Counted from the first letter of the stretch, positions 50,105 through 62,139 are shown. The stretch is DNA of 64,000 nucleotides from Microthyrium microscopicum (GCA_010405405.1 MU004241.1:124001-188000); one strand, 5' to 3'. Numbers and translations are program-made. Notes: generated by a model not told the origin, from the sequence alone.

Positions 50105-51031
50105 CTAGTGACCAGAGAACAGTCGAGATAGCCAGTCGATCACAAAGTCACGTCCAACCTCTCGCTCTAAAATTGGCTGGCGAGGCTGGCGCTCAATCTC
50201 CCAACGTCGTAGAGCTGACGAAGACCTGTACGTCTTATCAAAAGACTCATGCTGTTTCTCACTCCACGGGGCTAGTTCTTGTTGTAAACCAGGATGCTTA
50301 AAGTCGGGATCTTGCGATTCAACTACACGCTTCCTTGTGGCATCGCGAACCCAATCTTCCCCGCTCAACACCTTTGTCGAGTAGTTTTTCGAAAGCTTTT
50401 GAAGGTGTTCGATATTGGCCACGCAGTATTCCTTCACCTGATCGCGAACTGGGCGATAGTTGAACATTATGCACAAGGAATTATCTTTCTCGTTCCTCAG
50501 ATATAGGTTCCCTTCCTTGTATGTTTTCATCCAGCTTGCGAATTCGATGAAATAGGTGTGTCTCAATGTGCTTTGAACGCACTCCACGAGTCCACCCAAA
50601 AACTCTCGTGATTTACTAGTTCGTCGCCAAGCATTCTCCATGAGCTGAAGATCTGATACTCCCTTTAAGGAGATGCCGAAACTAGTGGATAGAACGTGTG
50701 AAGCGTTTCGCACGTCGAAGAAGACTTTGGAGCTGGTCTCATCGCAAAGAATGTCTTTTAATGTCCTCTTGCTGGTACCAGGGGTGTTGAAGGCTTTTGC
50801 GCCCAGCGTTTTGACGTCGATGATAAAGCATCTAGTAGTATCAAATAGCAGGCAGCGGCCGAGTAGCACGGTTAGAAACGACACCGGGACTGTCGGATGG
50901 AGCTTCACGCCCATGGTGGACATGTACAGTTGAGGTATTTGGACGTTGCGTTGAAGAAGCTTTTGGTAATCTTCCAACTCGCCAATCAACTTGGCGATTT
51001 GTTCAGGCTCGTCAAGCAATACCGGTTTCAT
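50105..51031 (-). CDS. DEDD 3'-5' exonuclease-like (EXD1-type fungal family) protein, catalytic residues apparently lost
   Basis: IDVKTLGAKAF, TLKDIL, KVFFDVRN, GVSDLQLMENA, FNYRP..EYCV; ExoI motif reads LYMSTMG. Confidence 0.8.
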   Translation of the reverse strand: MKPVLLDEPEQIAKLIGELEDYQKLLQRNVQIPQLYMSTMGVKLHPTVPVSFLTVLLGRCLLFDTTRCFIIDVKTLGAKAFNTPGTSKRTLKDILCDETSSKVFFDVRNASHVLSTSFGISLKGVSDLQLMENAWRRTSKSREFLGGLVECVQSTLRHTYFIEFASWMKTYKEGNLYLRNEKDNSLCIMFNYRPVRDQVKEYCVANIEHLQKLSKNYSTKVLSGEDWVRDATRKRVVESQDPDFKHPGLQQELAPWSEKQHESFDKTYRSSSALRRWEIERQPRQPILEREVGRDFVIDWLSRLFSGH

Positions 51032-51597
51032 TGTTTTGGCGATGTGTTGTATGTTGCTATTATAGTTGGTATAGGTTGTCTCAGCGGTTAATTTGAATGG
51101 AGTTCAATCGCCAGAAAGAACAGTCTGTCCTCCCGACCTTTTTATATCCTGTTGCTGAGTATCATGGTACATTTCGCCCAGGTAACTACGGTACAAATAT
51201 TGAAAGCAAACAATTTAACCAGAGTTGGAAGTTAATCGCTAGACGTTAGCGTACCATGTTGGTTTGCGCAGCATACGCAAGTGAACTAACTTTAGTAGTC
51301 TAACTTTTGGATATGTTTATCTCCAATACTTTGGAATTGTTATCCCGTTCACTTCCATTGTGGCTACCATTCGATGATAGTCTTGCGCGAATCTGATTTC
51401 AGCCTTATGGGTATTAAATTGGCCAATCAAGCTTTACTCTGGGCAGGGAATCCCCTAGTTCAGCTGCGGCTCCACCAACGTCACAGTCAACAATCATCAG
51501 CTTCCCCTGAGCACAACACCTTCACTCACATCCTTCTCTGGGGTATAAAATTCCAGAAGCAAGCAGCTCAGATCCTTTAAATCATCTCTTATACAAT

Positions 51598-52259
51598 ATG
51601 CATCCCATGCGCGCGCTCCCTGGCACTGTGCTGCTACTTGTCAGCACAGTTCTAGCTCATGTTGGCCATCAAGTCCCCATAGCTCCCAAAGACGCTGACT
51701 GGGCTACCCAACATATGGCTGGTAAGAAAAAACTGCATAATCACTGTGATATACTGATTTGTATTTAGAGGAACACCATCTCAACGGCTTTGATCCGCAA
51801 ACCCTCTTCGTAATGCACGATTTCAAGTCAGCCGGATTCTGGTCCACCACCGATATCCGCCGCATGTACGGCCTACTAGACAAGTCCGCGAAAGATATAC
51901 CCGAAGATAAGAAGGAAAGCGCAGCTCAGCACATACTAAAGCTATTCGACACAGACAAGGATGGGTCTGTGAGCAACAAGGAATTTCTGGATGGTTGGAG
52001 TCAAGGCGTACGACTACCAGACTTGGGCTTTGGCCCAGGACATCACGGAGACGATGAATACGAGTATGAGATCCATCATTGGGAAAAGTACCACAACGAT
52101 GATACCACGGCGGAAGAACTCACTCACCCTGAAGATATTGAGCACTTTAAACATCACGAAGAAGAGGATAGACTAGCAGAGGAAGAAGAAAAGCTAATGG
52201 AGGGCTCAGGGGTCATTGAAACGAATATTCCCCGGAAATACTTGCGGACTGAACTCTAG
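51598..52259 (+). CDS. SSP120: Secretory pathway EF-hand protein Ssp120; exons 51598-51721, 51769-52259
   Basis: Signal peptide, DWATQHMAEEHH, EF-hand DTDKDGSVSNKEF, LPDLGFGPGHHGDDEYEYEIHHWEKYH, LTHPEDIEHF, NIPRKY. Confidence 0.9.
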
Positions 52260-52266
52260 CTACGAC

Positions 52267-53706
52267 TTATGAACGGCGTGGATTTGGCGGTATGTAGATA
52301 TTCAGCACGCAATGCATAATTCCCGGCGCGTATGTTTTCACGCGCTCAACATGCTCGAGCTCCAGCATTGTCGTCTGTCCTCCCTGGTGATCGCGCTGGA
52401 CATCCAGAACTGCCTGGCATATCGACAGCACATGGCGCGCTCTGGTATCGATTTTCTCGATTTTGATGTTTTCATGCAAGTGAGCCCATCCTCCCAACTC
52501 CTCGTCAACCAAAGACAGCGCTGTACCCCAACTGGCCTTGGACGTTGGCAGCAACCCACAATTTACGTGTCTCACGGCCGGTATCTTTTGCGATAGCTGC
52601 CCAACGACTACCTCAGCATGCTTATTATCCATCTGGAACAAGATCATCTGCTTGCCCTGCACATTCTCCTTTATATTGTCGCGCTCTTCGTGGACCTCCA
52701 CAGTCCACCCATTCATTTCTGCGCCTCGCCGACATCCTTCGACGCTCCATGGATTCATCTCAAAGCCTACAACTGTACTCATACCAGCGCGCATATATGA
52801 AAAAGCAAAATACCCAATGCCAGAGTACAAGTCTACCGCGGTGTATCCCGCAGCCTCACGAACGCTTGGTAGCGCGAGTATCCGTGCTTTTTCTTTGATG
52901 TTGCCGCGCGAGAACATGGTGTGTCGTGGCGCCCATGTTTGTGAAATGCCGTTTTGGCGCGCCGAAACCCAGAACGCTGCATCAAGATCTGTTTGCGTGG
53001 GCGACGCGATTGGGCTTGGTGGACCAAAGTCGCCGTGCAATGGGACGAGGTTTACTGGTGAACGGAGCGTGTTTGGGGAGTCTAATGTGCTGGGCGGAAT
53101 AGGCGCGTTGATGGCGACGTGAGTGAGGGACATGATATTGGCGATTGTGCGGTAGAGAGCAGCGCATTGGTCGATGGATAGTGTGGGTAGAAGAGCAGAC
53201 CAGGCCGGCGTAGTGAATGTTGAAGGTGGTAGAAGCAGCATGGGCAGATATATTGAGTAGCCGCTTCGTAGTTCTTGGGGAAGCGCCATTGCTTGTTCGT
53301 CGGTGATGGTACCTTTGGGAAGCGAGGTTATCCATGTTTGGACAGCGCGCCGGAGGGGAGTCGTGAACTCGGTTTCGCGAGGGTCTTTGGTTGTTAGTAT
53401 GTGAGCGTCGACCACCAAGTCTTCGATTCCAAGTTCTTTCAGATGGTGTTCCATATCTCCAGTAAAACTTTCCCACTCAACGAACGTAGTACTGATTAGA
53501 CAGCACTCGTCGTTATTGTTTGAGCTGGTCCAGAACGGAGTGATTTTTCTTGATCGATTCAGAAGACATCGGTCTTCTAAAACGGTCTTGACGGTTTTTA
53601 CATCCTGCTTTTTTACTACCAGCACCCATTGGACAGAACTGGCATCTACAGCAGAAGATATGTCATCGCCCATATTGCTTGCCAGTGGCCACTCTTGATA
53701 GCGCAT
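52267..53706 (-). CDS. TYW2: tRNA wybutosine-synthesizing protein 2 (Tyw2/Trm12)
   Basis: QNGISQTWAPRHTMFSRGNIKEKAR, AVDLYSGIGYF, EMNPWSVEG, HVNCGLLPTS, HLHEN, VKTYAPGIMHCV; start at ATG 53706 or 53673. Confidence 0.92.
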   Translation of the reverse strand: MRYQEWPLASNMGDDISSAVDASSVQWVLVVKKQDVKTVKTVLEDRCLLNRSRKITPFWTSSNNNDECCLISTTFVEWESFTGDMEHHLKELGIEDLVVDAHILTTKDPRETEFTTPLRRAVQTWITSLPKGTITDEQAMALPQELRSGYSIYLPMLLLPPSTFTTPAWSALLPTLSIDQCAALYRTIANIMSLTHVAINAPIPPSTLDSPNTLRSPVNLVPLHGDFGPPSPIASPTQTDLDAAFWVSARQNGISQTWAPRHTMFSRGNIKEKARILALPSVREAAGYTAVDLYSGIGYFAFSYMRAGMSTVVGFEMNPWSVEGCRRGAEMNGWTVEVHEERDNIKENVQGKQMILFQMDNKHAEVVVGQLSQKIPAVRHVNCGLLPTSKASWGTALSLVDEELGGWAHLHENIKIEKIDTRARHVLSICQAVLDVQRDHQGGQTTMLELEHVERVKTYAPGIMHCVLNIYIPPNPRRS

Positions 53707-54165
53707 GATAGTTTGTCGGAGAGAAGTAAAGATTGGCCTGCCATTGGCTTGCCCAATCCCGCGACTACGCCGTCTGAATAATTCAATCAACTTTCAGTGC
53801 CCGATATGTTGAATGGTTTGAAGAAACGACCAGGCCACCGCCTGATGGATAGAGTACTGTAATGTTCAGCACGCTAAGAAAATACCAAGTGGTCCGTGCG
53901 CACTTTTATTTTCAATCAAAATAGCGTGATCAAGCGTATCATTAAAAAGTCCAACTCCGTCTCAAAAGAAATCTGAATTAGAGGCTCACATGTTTTAAGC
54001 CGATCTGAACGTGCAGAATCAAAATCGGCGTATGTCAAAGCCACCGTTAACGAACCCTGAGCTCCGACAGCCCTATACCATTCCAGACTTCGAATTAAAT
54101 ATCCAACTTCGACGCGTCCTTTCATCACCAGTAAAGCGTTGAATCACCTGTCAAGCGCTTTCATC

Positions 54166-55641
54166 ATGCAGAACTTAGGCCTAACATCACCAACACATTC
54201 TCAGATTCACGATCCCGAGGAATCCCATGTGCCATTCAACTTCCACATCAATCAAACACATGGTAGTCGAACCCTGCGATCAAAATCGAAATTCCATTTC
54301 TTTTTGCAACTTCCAATTGAATTGCAACTATGCATCCTCGAAGACTATTGCGATCATCAAACTCTCTTCCGGCTCATGCATACCTCGACTCAAATGCGAG
54401 CGGTAGCGAAGCATGTTTTCTGGTCCCACCCAGATGTATGGTACTACGCCTCTGCTCAGGAAGTTATGCGACCTTTGATGAAACGTCATCGACCGTCTCA
54501 TTCTTTTCACCGGGATCCCGTTTTCACATCACAGATCCAGCAGGTCGAGCTTTTCATGGACCGAGGCACATGGTGTTGGCCAAGCCGAATTGCTACACCT
54601 AGTGAGCTGAAACGTTTTGCACGATCATGGCCAGACTACCTCGTCAAGGAAAATGTAGAGAAATTCATCCTTGAGTTTTTGCGCCTCTATCCTAATGTCA
54701 GGCGAGTAGTTCTCACCGACGAGTCCGGAGAGCTCTGGGAAAGAATCTCGGAAGGCTGGAAAGTAGAATGCGCTGCCTTGGCAACTTTATTCCCAGCGCA
54801 TATAAATGTCTTCCTTAGCGACAAGCAGTCAGGGACGTGGGACAACTATCCTGACTGCTTTTCTTGTACTCGCACTCTTTTCAGGATTGATTCGCCCGCC
54901 AAGACGCTGGTAATGGTAACAACAACATGGAGCAAGCAGCGGCTTGTACCTCCTCGCTTGCCCGTCAAAGGAATAGTTGGCGCATTCTTGCAGACCGGCA
55001 CGCCTAGAAGAAAGGAAATCACAAGCCGAAGACGTGCTTTAGCAATCCTTCGCCTCGAAGCCATCGAAAGACACTATTTCGATCGCAATCACCCGGTACC
55101 CATTCTATGTCCACACCCAGAGTGTGAACAGAAGTTTGAGCAAATTGGAGCGTTCTCTAGCCATGTTGCTACTAATCTTGATCACGACGGCTGGAAACGT
55201 AGACTGTGCCGAAAAAAGCCAAAGTTCCTTTCGCTTTTGCCTGAACGAGTTGAGAGTCTCTTCTCACAAGCTGGCCGAGAGGTTCTAGACATGCAACAAC
55301 AATATCAAGACAACTTGGATCAAGTACGCGAAGCTTGGGGCCAACCCAGTTCTGTCGAGAGAATCGAATACTATGAGGAGTTTATGGAGCAATTGCATAC
55401 AGATCCTGATCTGCGCAATCCGCAACTCATTAATCTTGATGAACATGAGCTTTGGCGCCGTCTCAGACGTGTGCAAGACAAGTACTGGGAAATTGAAAAA
55501 GATGACGATTCAGATGCCACCGCATACACAGAATCGGAGATTTCAGAAGATTCTGTGTCAGATGGTGATGGCTCGGAAGAATCAGATGATGAAGATTCCG
55601 ATACCAGTATGGAAATGTCCAGTGTCCCTTTCACTGACTGA
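54166..55641 (+). CDS. F-box-like domain protein with C2H2-like finger and acidic tail
   Basis: FLQLPIELQLCILEDYCDHQTLFRLMHTS (F-box-like), CPHPECEQKF...FSSHV..H, D/E/S-rich C-terminus. Confidence 0.7.
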   Translation: MQNLGLTSPTHSQIHDPEESHVPFNFHINQTHGSRTLRSKSKFHFFLQLPIELQLCILEDYCDHQTLFRLMHTSTQMRAVAKHVFWSHPDVWYYASAQEVMRPLMKRHRPSHSFHRDPVFTSQIQQVELFMDRGTWCWPSRIATPSELKRFARSWPDYLVKENVEKFILEFLRLYPNVRRVVLTDESGELWERISEGWKVECAALATLFPAHINVFLSDKQSGTWDNYPDCFSCTRTLFRIDSPAKTLVMVTTTWSKQRLVPPRLPVKGIVGAFLQTGTPRRKEITSRRRALAILRLEAIERHYFDRNHPVPILCPHPECEQKFEQIGAFSSHVATNLDHDGWKRRLCRKKPKFLSLLPERVESLFSQAGREVLDMQQQYQDNLDQVREAWGQPSSVERIEYYEEFMEQLHTDPDLRNPQLINLDEHELWRRLRRVQDKYWEIEKDDDSDATAYTESEISEDSVSDGDGSEESDDEDSDTSMEMSSVPFTD

Positions 55642-56848
55642 GGAATGTCTTGAACATGAAATATAAGATTGGAACAGAGAACAAACTGAGAGAGATAATT
55701 CTGTACCAGTTGGCTCAAGGAGCAGGTCATTTGAAAGGTCTTGAGTGACCTCAAAAATATACACTAGGTGGTATTCTTCTCCAGAAACCTTGGATTTCAG
55801 TGTCCAGTCATTTCCAGCTCCACTACCAGCACTACGGTTGCAAGGTTCCAGCGGGAAGACCTCCTTAGCAGGATCAACATCAAGAAACAAGTCATCTCAC
55901 CGCGATTGTAAATCCTTTGAGGTCCCCCATAAGACGTTAGTTTCTGGTATGCCACATATTGTGTTGCCGGCATTGCTATGTGAGTTGTCTACATCCTAAG
56001 CATTGAATTGACATATTACTCGACTCCGTAGTCTTGTCACTTGTAGCACTTACTACTTTGTCTGGATCAGACTTCCTCCAGAACTAAACAACTACGAGTG
56101 GCATCAGGCCATACTCGAATTAGATGACGGTGCTATGGCACATAAGCTGATAAAGGCCCCAAAGACTGATGTTGCTTTATGGGATTCAGAGCACGATGTG
56201 ACTAGTCGCCTGTTCCATCGTCGAGGCCACACAGATGGAAGGAAGGAAGGAATCGTGGCTTCTACAGGAAAGACCTGAGATGCCGTGTACGGTTGATTGG
56301 ACATTGATGCAAGAATCATTTCTGCCTCTTTTAGAAAGATTCGAATCAGTAAATGGAGTCTATTGCCGAGCGTTGAAGTGACCTTTCCTTGACATTGCTT
56401 CATGCACTGCGACGAGGAGGATTCAATTGATGCTCAGCCTCATTGCATCAAAGAGTCATCTCCAGAAGGCCGTCACTGATTGTTGTCAGTACTTTGACTT
56501 GCACTTGATTCGCTGCCTGCTCGACTGTTTGAGTCCCTGCCAATTGTTCTGACTTCCAATTGACTCTATGTTACAAAGCAGTTGAAGTACGAGGCTTCGC
56601 CGAACAAAGGAATATGAAAATACCATATGGTATGATCGTATCTCCGGAGCAATTAGCGTTCCCCTGAACTTAATTCCGACATTCATTTATAAGCACTTGG
56701 CAACCAATGAATGCACTGCCCCAGTGTTGACATGTATGCTAGCTCCTTTGTATGACGGGGTGGGTCAGCCTTAGATGAGGCTATCAAAACTGCATTCGTA
56801 AAAGCATTTAAGTTGTCCTAAGCACTCTCAACTAAGCACACAACAACC

Positions 56849-57946
56849 ATGGCATCAATCGTAAAAACCATCGTAGCCACAGGTGCTTCCTCTGGGCTAG
56901 TGAGTAACTAATTTTCACGCACTATCAGCTAGTCAAAACTCACACAAAATAGGGATTTGAAGCTGTCAAGCAGCTGCTCAACCAGACTCAACCATACAAA
57001 TTTCTCCTGGGATGTAGCAACACCAATACGGCTCAAACGGCTTATGACGAACTCAAATATGACAGCAAAAAGCACTCAGTCACTGTCTTGCCGCTTGATC
57101 TCAGCGACCTGAGAACCGTCAAGAAATTTGCAGCACAAACGCTGAAACAGATTGGGAGTGATAAACTTGACTTCCTGTTTCTAAATGCTGCAACTGTCAA
57201 AGTGGCCAATGAGCCAGGTGTCAATGGTTCCAAATGGAGTGAGCCATATGTTGTCAATCATTTGTGTAAGTAATATTCGCTGATCATGGTTTTTTGATAC
57301 GATGATTGACATGCTCTAAGCCCAACACTACCTCATTCACTTGCTACGTGAGAAGTTGGTTGAATCGAAATCTCGACTAGTCATCACATCTTCCGGTGCT
57401 GCCACAAGTGTAAAGGATCCTAGCAACTTTGACAAGATCTTCAAGGCTCAATCTGGAGCCGATTTCTTTGAACTCTACGGCCCGACCAAGTTTGCCCTGC
57501 TACTTAGTACGCATTGGTGGAGACGTCAGCTTAAAGGTGACTGCGATGTTCTTGCAGTCTCTCCAGGTTAGTTCATTGTTTTTGTTCTGGGGGTTTTTTT
57601 TAGACACTGACTCTATTCCAAGGCTTTATCCCAGATACTGGTTTGGCACGCAATAGCCAGTTTGAGTTTCCGCCAGAGGTTCTCAAGGATGCGAAAACAG
57701 TTGAAACTGGTGATTACATTGTCTCAATCCCGGATAGATTCGATCGTCTAACATCTTCTAGGTGCTCAATCACTCCTTGCGGCCTTTACAAGGGATGACT
57801 TCCCCGAAGATACTGACCAAGTATTCTTGACGAGTTGGGGTGAATGGTGGCCCAAGGAACAGATTAAGCTCACGTTGGACAAAGATCTGCAGGATAAGTG
57901 GTCACCAAGCAAAGATCAAATTGAGAAGGAGGAGCTTGTAGATTGA
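56849..57946 (+). CDS. Short-chain dehydrogenase/reductase (about 5 exons)
   Basis: TIVATGASSGL|GFEAVKQL, PLDLSDL, LFLNAA, YVVNHL, YGPTK, AVSPG; introns start at 56900, ~57266, ~57567, ~57710; stop TGA 57944-57946. Confidence 0.88.
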
Positions 57947-58566
57947 GCAGAGAGATTGGAGGCGTTCAATACAATTCCAACTCATTAGACTATCTCCTAA
58001 GCCTACGGAACGAAAAGAAGGTCGTTCTTAGCTACTAACTAATAGCAGCCTCATGGCCTTATCTACTGCAAATCAAGCTTCCTGCCAATTGTAGATAGGC
58101 CAATTTTATTACATCATTCGGATGTTATGTTCGCTTTGTACATGATACCACAACACCTCTTGTGCCATCTTGCAATCCGTTTGCAAGTCCATGAGACGGG
58201 TGATTTTCCCTGTAAAAAGTATTCAAAACGTCGATTCAAGACTTTGTCGAATTGCCCAGGAACTCAAGTCTCCTATCAGCGAAAATCAACAATAATCCAC
58301 AAAAAAGATACAACAAGCTCGGTATGAAGATGGCCTGGGTGTGGTCATCCGAATATACCGCATTTGCTGAAATCTAATTGGCTCAAAAACCCTTGAGCTC
58401 CTTTGATTGGACCAGGTGATATATCGCTTCTCTGCGCAGAGTTTATTCCTCGTCTTGCCTTTGACTTCATCTCTATCACTACCTGTTCACTCTTTCGATT
58501 GTTCAATCGCGAACAAGCTGCGACATATTATAGTCAGTCAACTGTTGAGTACTCTCCGTAGCTTCA

Positions 58567-59548
58567 ATGTTCTGGAAAACGTCACCATCAATCAACTTCG
58601 ACCCTGACCAGGATATTGGTGATCTCAAAGGCAAGGTCATTATAGTGACTGGCGGTTTGTTCCATCCTTCTCAGCTTCTCGATCTCGAAGATAGGCTAAG
58701 TCATCACCGCAGGAAACGACGGTCTAGGTAAAGAGACAGTTCTACGACTGGCAAAGCACAATCCTGAATGCATATTTTTATGCTCACGCTCTGTTGAGAA
58801 GGGCGAAACTGCCGTCAAGGAGATCGAAACTGCCGTTCCTGGAGCAAACATCAGACTGCTTAAACTTGACTTGGGCTCTCTAGCTTCTGTCTCGGCAGCT
58901 GTCTCAACTTTCAGGGAACAATATGACAAGCTAGACATCCTCATCAACAATGCCGGAATTGCCAACTTGCCACCGGGTAAAACCGTAGAAGGTTATGAAC
59001 AACAATTTGGAGTCAACCACATTGGGCATGCTCTTTTGATCAAATTACTGCTTCCAACAATGCTGAAGACAGCCGAAATCGAGACTCCAGGATCAGTGCG
59101 GATAGTCAGCGTGAGCTCTGAGGCTCATGAACACATAAAACCCCCAGGCATAAACTTTGACGACCTCGAAAAAGCAGGCCATCCTTGGTTGCTGTATGCG
59201 CAATCCAAATTGGCCAACCTTCTGTATGCCAAAGCGCTCGCAAAACAGTATCCCAGCATCGTCAGTGTTTCTTTGCATCCAGGTACAGCAAAAACAGGCA
59301 TATTCGTCAAGATGGACACTGCATGGATCAACATGCTGATGTTTCTTCTCGGATGGACCATCATGGGAACGATAGAGCAAACAGCCAAAAATCAGCTTTG
59401 GGCAGCAACCGCAATTGAAGTACAAAGTGGTGCCTACTATACTCCAGTAGGAGTGAAGAATGCAGGCACCGCGCTTTCAAATGATGAAGAGCTCGAAAAC
59501 AAGCTATGGGGCTGGACGCAGGGTGAGCTTAAGAAGCAGAATTATTAG
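58567..59548 (+). CDS. Short-chain dehydrogenase/reductase (retinol dehydrogenase/WWOX-like); intron 58655-58712
   Basis: DLKGKVIIVTGG|NDGLG, LDILINNAG, QFGVNHIGH, RIVSVSS, catalytic YAQSK, LHPG. Confidence 0.92.
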
Positions 59549-59805
59549 AGCGTAAGTAGTGGGCAACTTCTCTACTCATACTTGATTCGAACATATTTTT
59601 GGCACTGACTTGGAGGCTGGATCTATGCTAGAATGAGGAAGCCAGTTAGATGATTGCAACGTTCAGCATTGGGCATATTGAACGCTTTTAATCATACATC
59701 GAAACTCAAGATCCGAGATTGCAAGTAACAGTGGAATAATTCTCTATTCACCACCGCATTCCCGACTCCGGCTAATCTTACAACGACCTAGAAATGTCGG
59801 ATCAA

Positions 59806-61626
59806 CTATTTGCCTTCAATGATAGAATTCGCCGCGACATAAGCAAAGGTCAAGCCTGGCCCCAATGTAGCTCCTGGCCCAGCATACGTTCTTCCCATCA
59901 CACTCGCAGAAGAATTACCAACCGCATAGAGACCCTTGATAACCTCATTACCACCTCCGCTCTTTTCTCTCAATGCTCTGGCATGTTCATCAGTCAAGAC
60001 TCCGCCTTTAGTACCCAAATCCCCAGGCCATATCTTCATAGCGTAATAGGGGCCTTGGTTGATTGTCCCCAGACTCGGATTGGGCTTCTGTTTTGGGTCG
60101 CCGAGGAATTTATCATAGGGGCTGTAGCCTCTGTTGAAATCGTCGTCCACTCCTTTGTCTGCAAAGCCGTTGAATCTTTGGACCGTGTCATTGAGACTTG
60201 AGGCATTGAGGCCGATCTTCTGAGCAAGCTCTTGTACTGTCTCGCCTTTGAAAATGAATCCAGAATCGATGGCTGACTGGGGCGTATTTCCAGGCATGAA
60301 TTTCCCACTAAGGACGTACTTGTTTCGATGTTGAGAATCTATAATGAGATAAGACGGGATTGCTGGATTCTCCTTGTGTCTGTTCCATAATGAAGTACCC
60401 ATAGAGTTGTAGTTCTGTGACTCATTGGTGAAACGCTTTGCTGACTGGTCGACAATGATTGAATGAGGAAGAACACGATCATACAAGCACCAATACCGAG
60501 TGCCTGTAGCTGGATCCATTTGGCTTGCTCCCCACCACGCCGAATCTAATAGTGCTGTGGCTGCCCCAGCTTTCATCGCTGCGGTTATGGCATCACCCTG
60601 ATCGCCTTCGCTGGCGGAGGACCAATCTGCTGTAATGGCTGGAGCTTGATATTTCTTGCGCATTTCATCGTTTCTTGCAAAGCCTCCAGCGGCCAGTATG
60701 ACACCTTTGGAAGCCTCGACGGTAATCTTCTTTCCGTCTCGCTCGATAATTGCACCTGTGACTTGGCCATTCTCCATAACGAGCTCTTTCAGTGGAGAAT
60801 TGGTCCAGACTGGCGTGCCCAATTGTAAGTTGAAGTAAAGTAGTTGGCTGACCATGGAAACTCCCAGTGTCACAGGCATTCGGCCAAGTAGTTCTTGTGG
60901 CCATTTGCGTATACCGTACACTTTTGCTGCCATCATCTTTCCTTCCCACGAGACTTTCGCCCGAACCATTTTTGATAACTCGTAAGAATGAACTGGAAAT
61001 GGTGCCCGAACAGGATTGTAGTTGAGCTTCTCCCTCCATGGCCCAACTTTGAACAGATCAAACATCCCGGGCTCAACCGACCGTCCTCCTTCTGGCTTTC
61101 CACCCGGGTCCAATGGAAAGTAGTCTGGATATCCAAGTGTTGGAATCCAGCTCATGCCCTGCGTTTCTAGCCACTTGATCATTTTCGGTCCATTTTCCAG
61201 GAAAGCAATCATGCGCTCTTTCGTTGACGCGGGTCCTGCATCGCCAACAATACCTTCCAAGTATTCAAGTGCCACCTCGTGACTGTCCTGGACGCCTACA
61301 GCTTGTTGGAGATGTGTGTTGGGAATCCATAGTCCTCCTCCAGAATACATAGAAGTGCCCCCTATTTTCTCGTTCTTCTCGACAATGAGTGGTAGCAAGC
61401 CAGCAGATCTGAGACGTAGAGCAGCGACCAGGGCGGCTCCACCAGAGCCAATGATCAGCACGTCGCACTTGATATTTCCATTGCTGGCAACTGGAAGTGG
61501 TGTGGTGTCCAAAGATTTGATACGGCTGCCGGATGATGCAAGTCGGGTTGCAATGAGAACAGCTCCAGTCCCCGCGGCGAGATATAGTGGTATTCGAACA
61601 GCCTTCCTACGTAATAAATGTGCCAT
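59806..61626 (-). CDS. 3-ketosteroid delta-1-dehydrogenase (KstD)-like FAD oxidoreductase, intronless, 606 aa
   Basis: DVLIIGSGGA, GGTSMYSGGGLWIPN, YPDY, GVILAAGGF, RFTNESQNY, PGDLGTKGG, GLYAVGN, TYAGPGATLG. Confidence 0.85.
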   Translation of the reverse strand: MAHLLRRKAVRIPLYLAAGTGAVLIATRLASSGSRIKSLDTTPLPVASNGNIKCDVLIIGSGGAALVAALRLRSAGLLPLIVEKNEKIGGTSMYSGGGLWIPNTHLQQAVGVQDSHEVALEYLEGIVGDAGPASTKERMIAFLENGPKMIKWLETQGMSWIPTLGYPDYFPLDPGGKPEGGRSVEPGMFDLFKVGPWREKLNYNPVRAPFPVHSYELSKMVRAKVSWEGKMMAAKVYGIRKWPQELLGRMPVTLGVSMVSQLLYFNLQLGTPVWTNSPLKELVMENGQVTGAIIERDGKKITVEASKGVILAAGGFARNDEMRKKYQAPAITADWSSASEGDQGDAITAAMKAGAATALLDSAWWGASQMDPATGTRYWCLYDRVLPHSIIVDQSAKRFTNESQNYNSMGTSLWNRHKENPAIPSYLIIDSQHRNKYVLSGKFMPGNTPQSAIDSGFIFKGETVQELAQKIGLNASSLNDTVQRFNGFADKGVDDDFNRGYSPYDKFLGDPKQKPNPSLGTINQGPYYAMKIWPGDLGTKGGVLTDEHARALREKSGGGNEVIKGLYAVGNSSASVMGRTYAGPGATLGPGLTFAYVAANSIIEGK

Positions 61627-62139
61627 TGAAGTTCCTGTCCAGACTTTAAATCAAAAAGCTGATTGGGTAACGCCGATGCCTCGTGGAACTGTACTACTTT
61701 TGGATAATGCGAATAAGGCAGCCTTCGATTTCGACTCCTTTTGACTACGCAGGCTTTTTCTGTTCTCCGAAATTCTGCTTTGGAAAGGCAAAAGTCGAAG
61801 TATGTCAAGTCTCTAGAAGGAGCGAAACACCAAAATATATAAATACATGTTTTCGCTTGCTTGTATATAAGTTAAGGTCGTGGCGGTGGCTTAAGGAAAA
61901 ATATAACCGCACGTGTAATTTGATATTGCACTTCAACAAAAGATTTGACAACCACTTCCTCAACGAAAAGTAAACCAAGGTGTTGATACTACTTTAGAAT
62001 CAATATTGCACCGAAACTGGTTGCAAAAGCTTTATTACGTCGGTATCTTAGTGGACTTCATATTGTATCCTCTCCGCGTTCTTTCATTCTCTTCAAGACT
62101 TTTCGTTCCAACATGAACATTTGATTCAGCGCTCTTTGA

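Noticed and set aside
3322..53706. tRNA-processing cluster (tRNA, CCA1, TYW2)
   Set aside because: CCA1 and TYW2 are ~46 kb apart with many unrelated genes between them; likely coincidence.
55582..56686. Short minus-strand ORFs between the F-box-like gene and the SDR
   Set aside because: No motifs and no coherent gene model.
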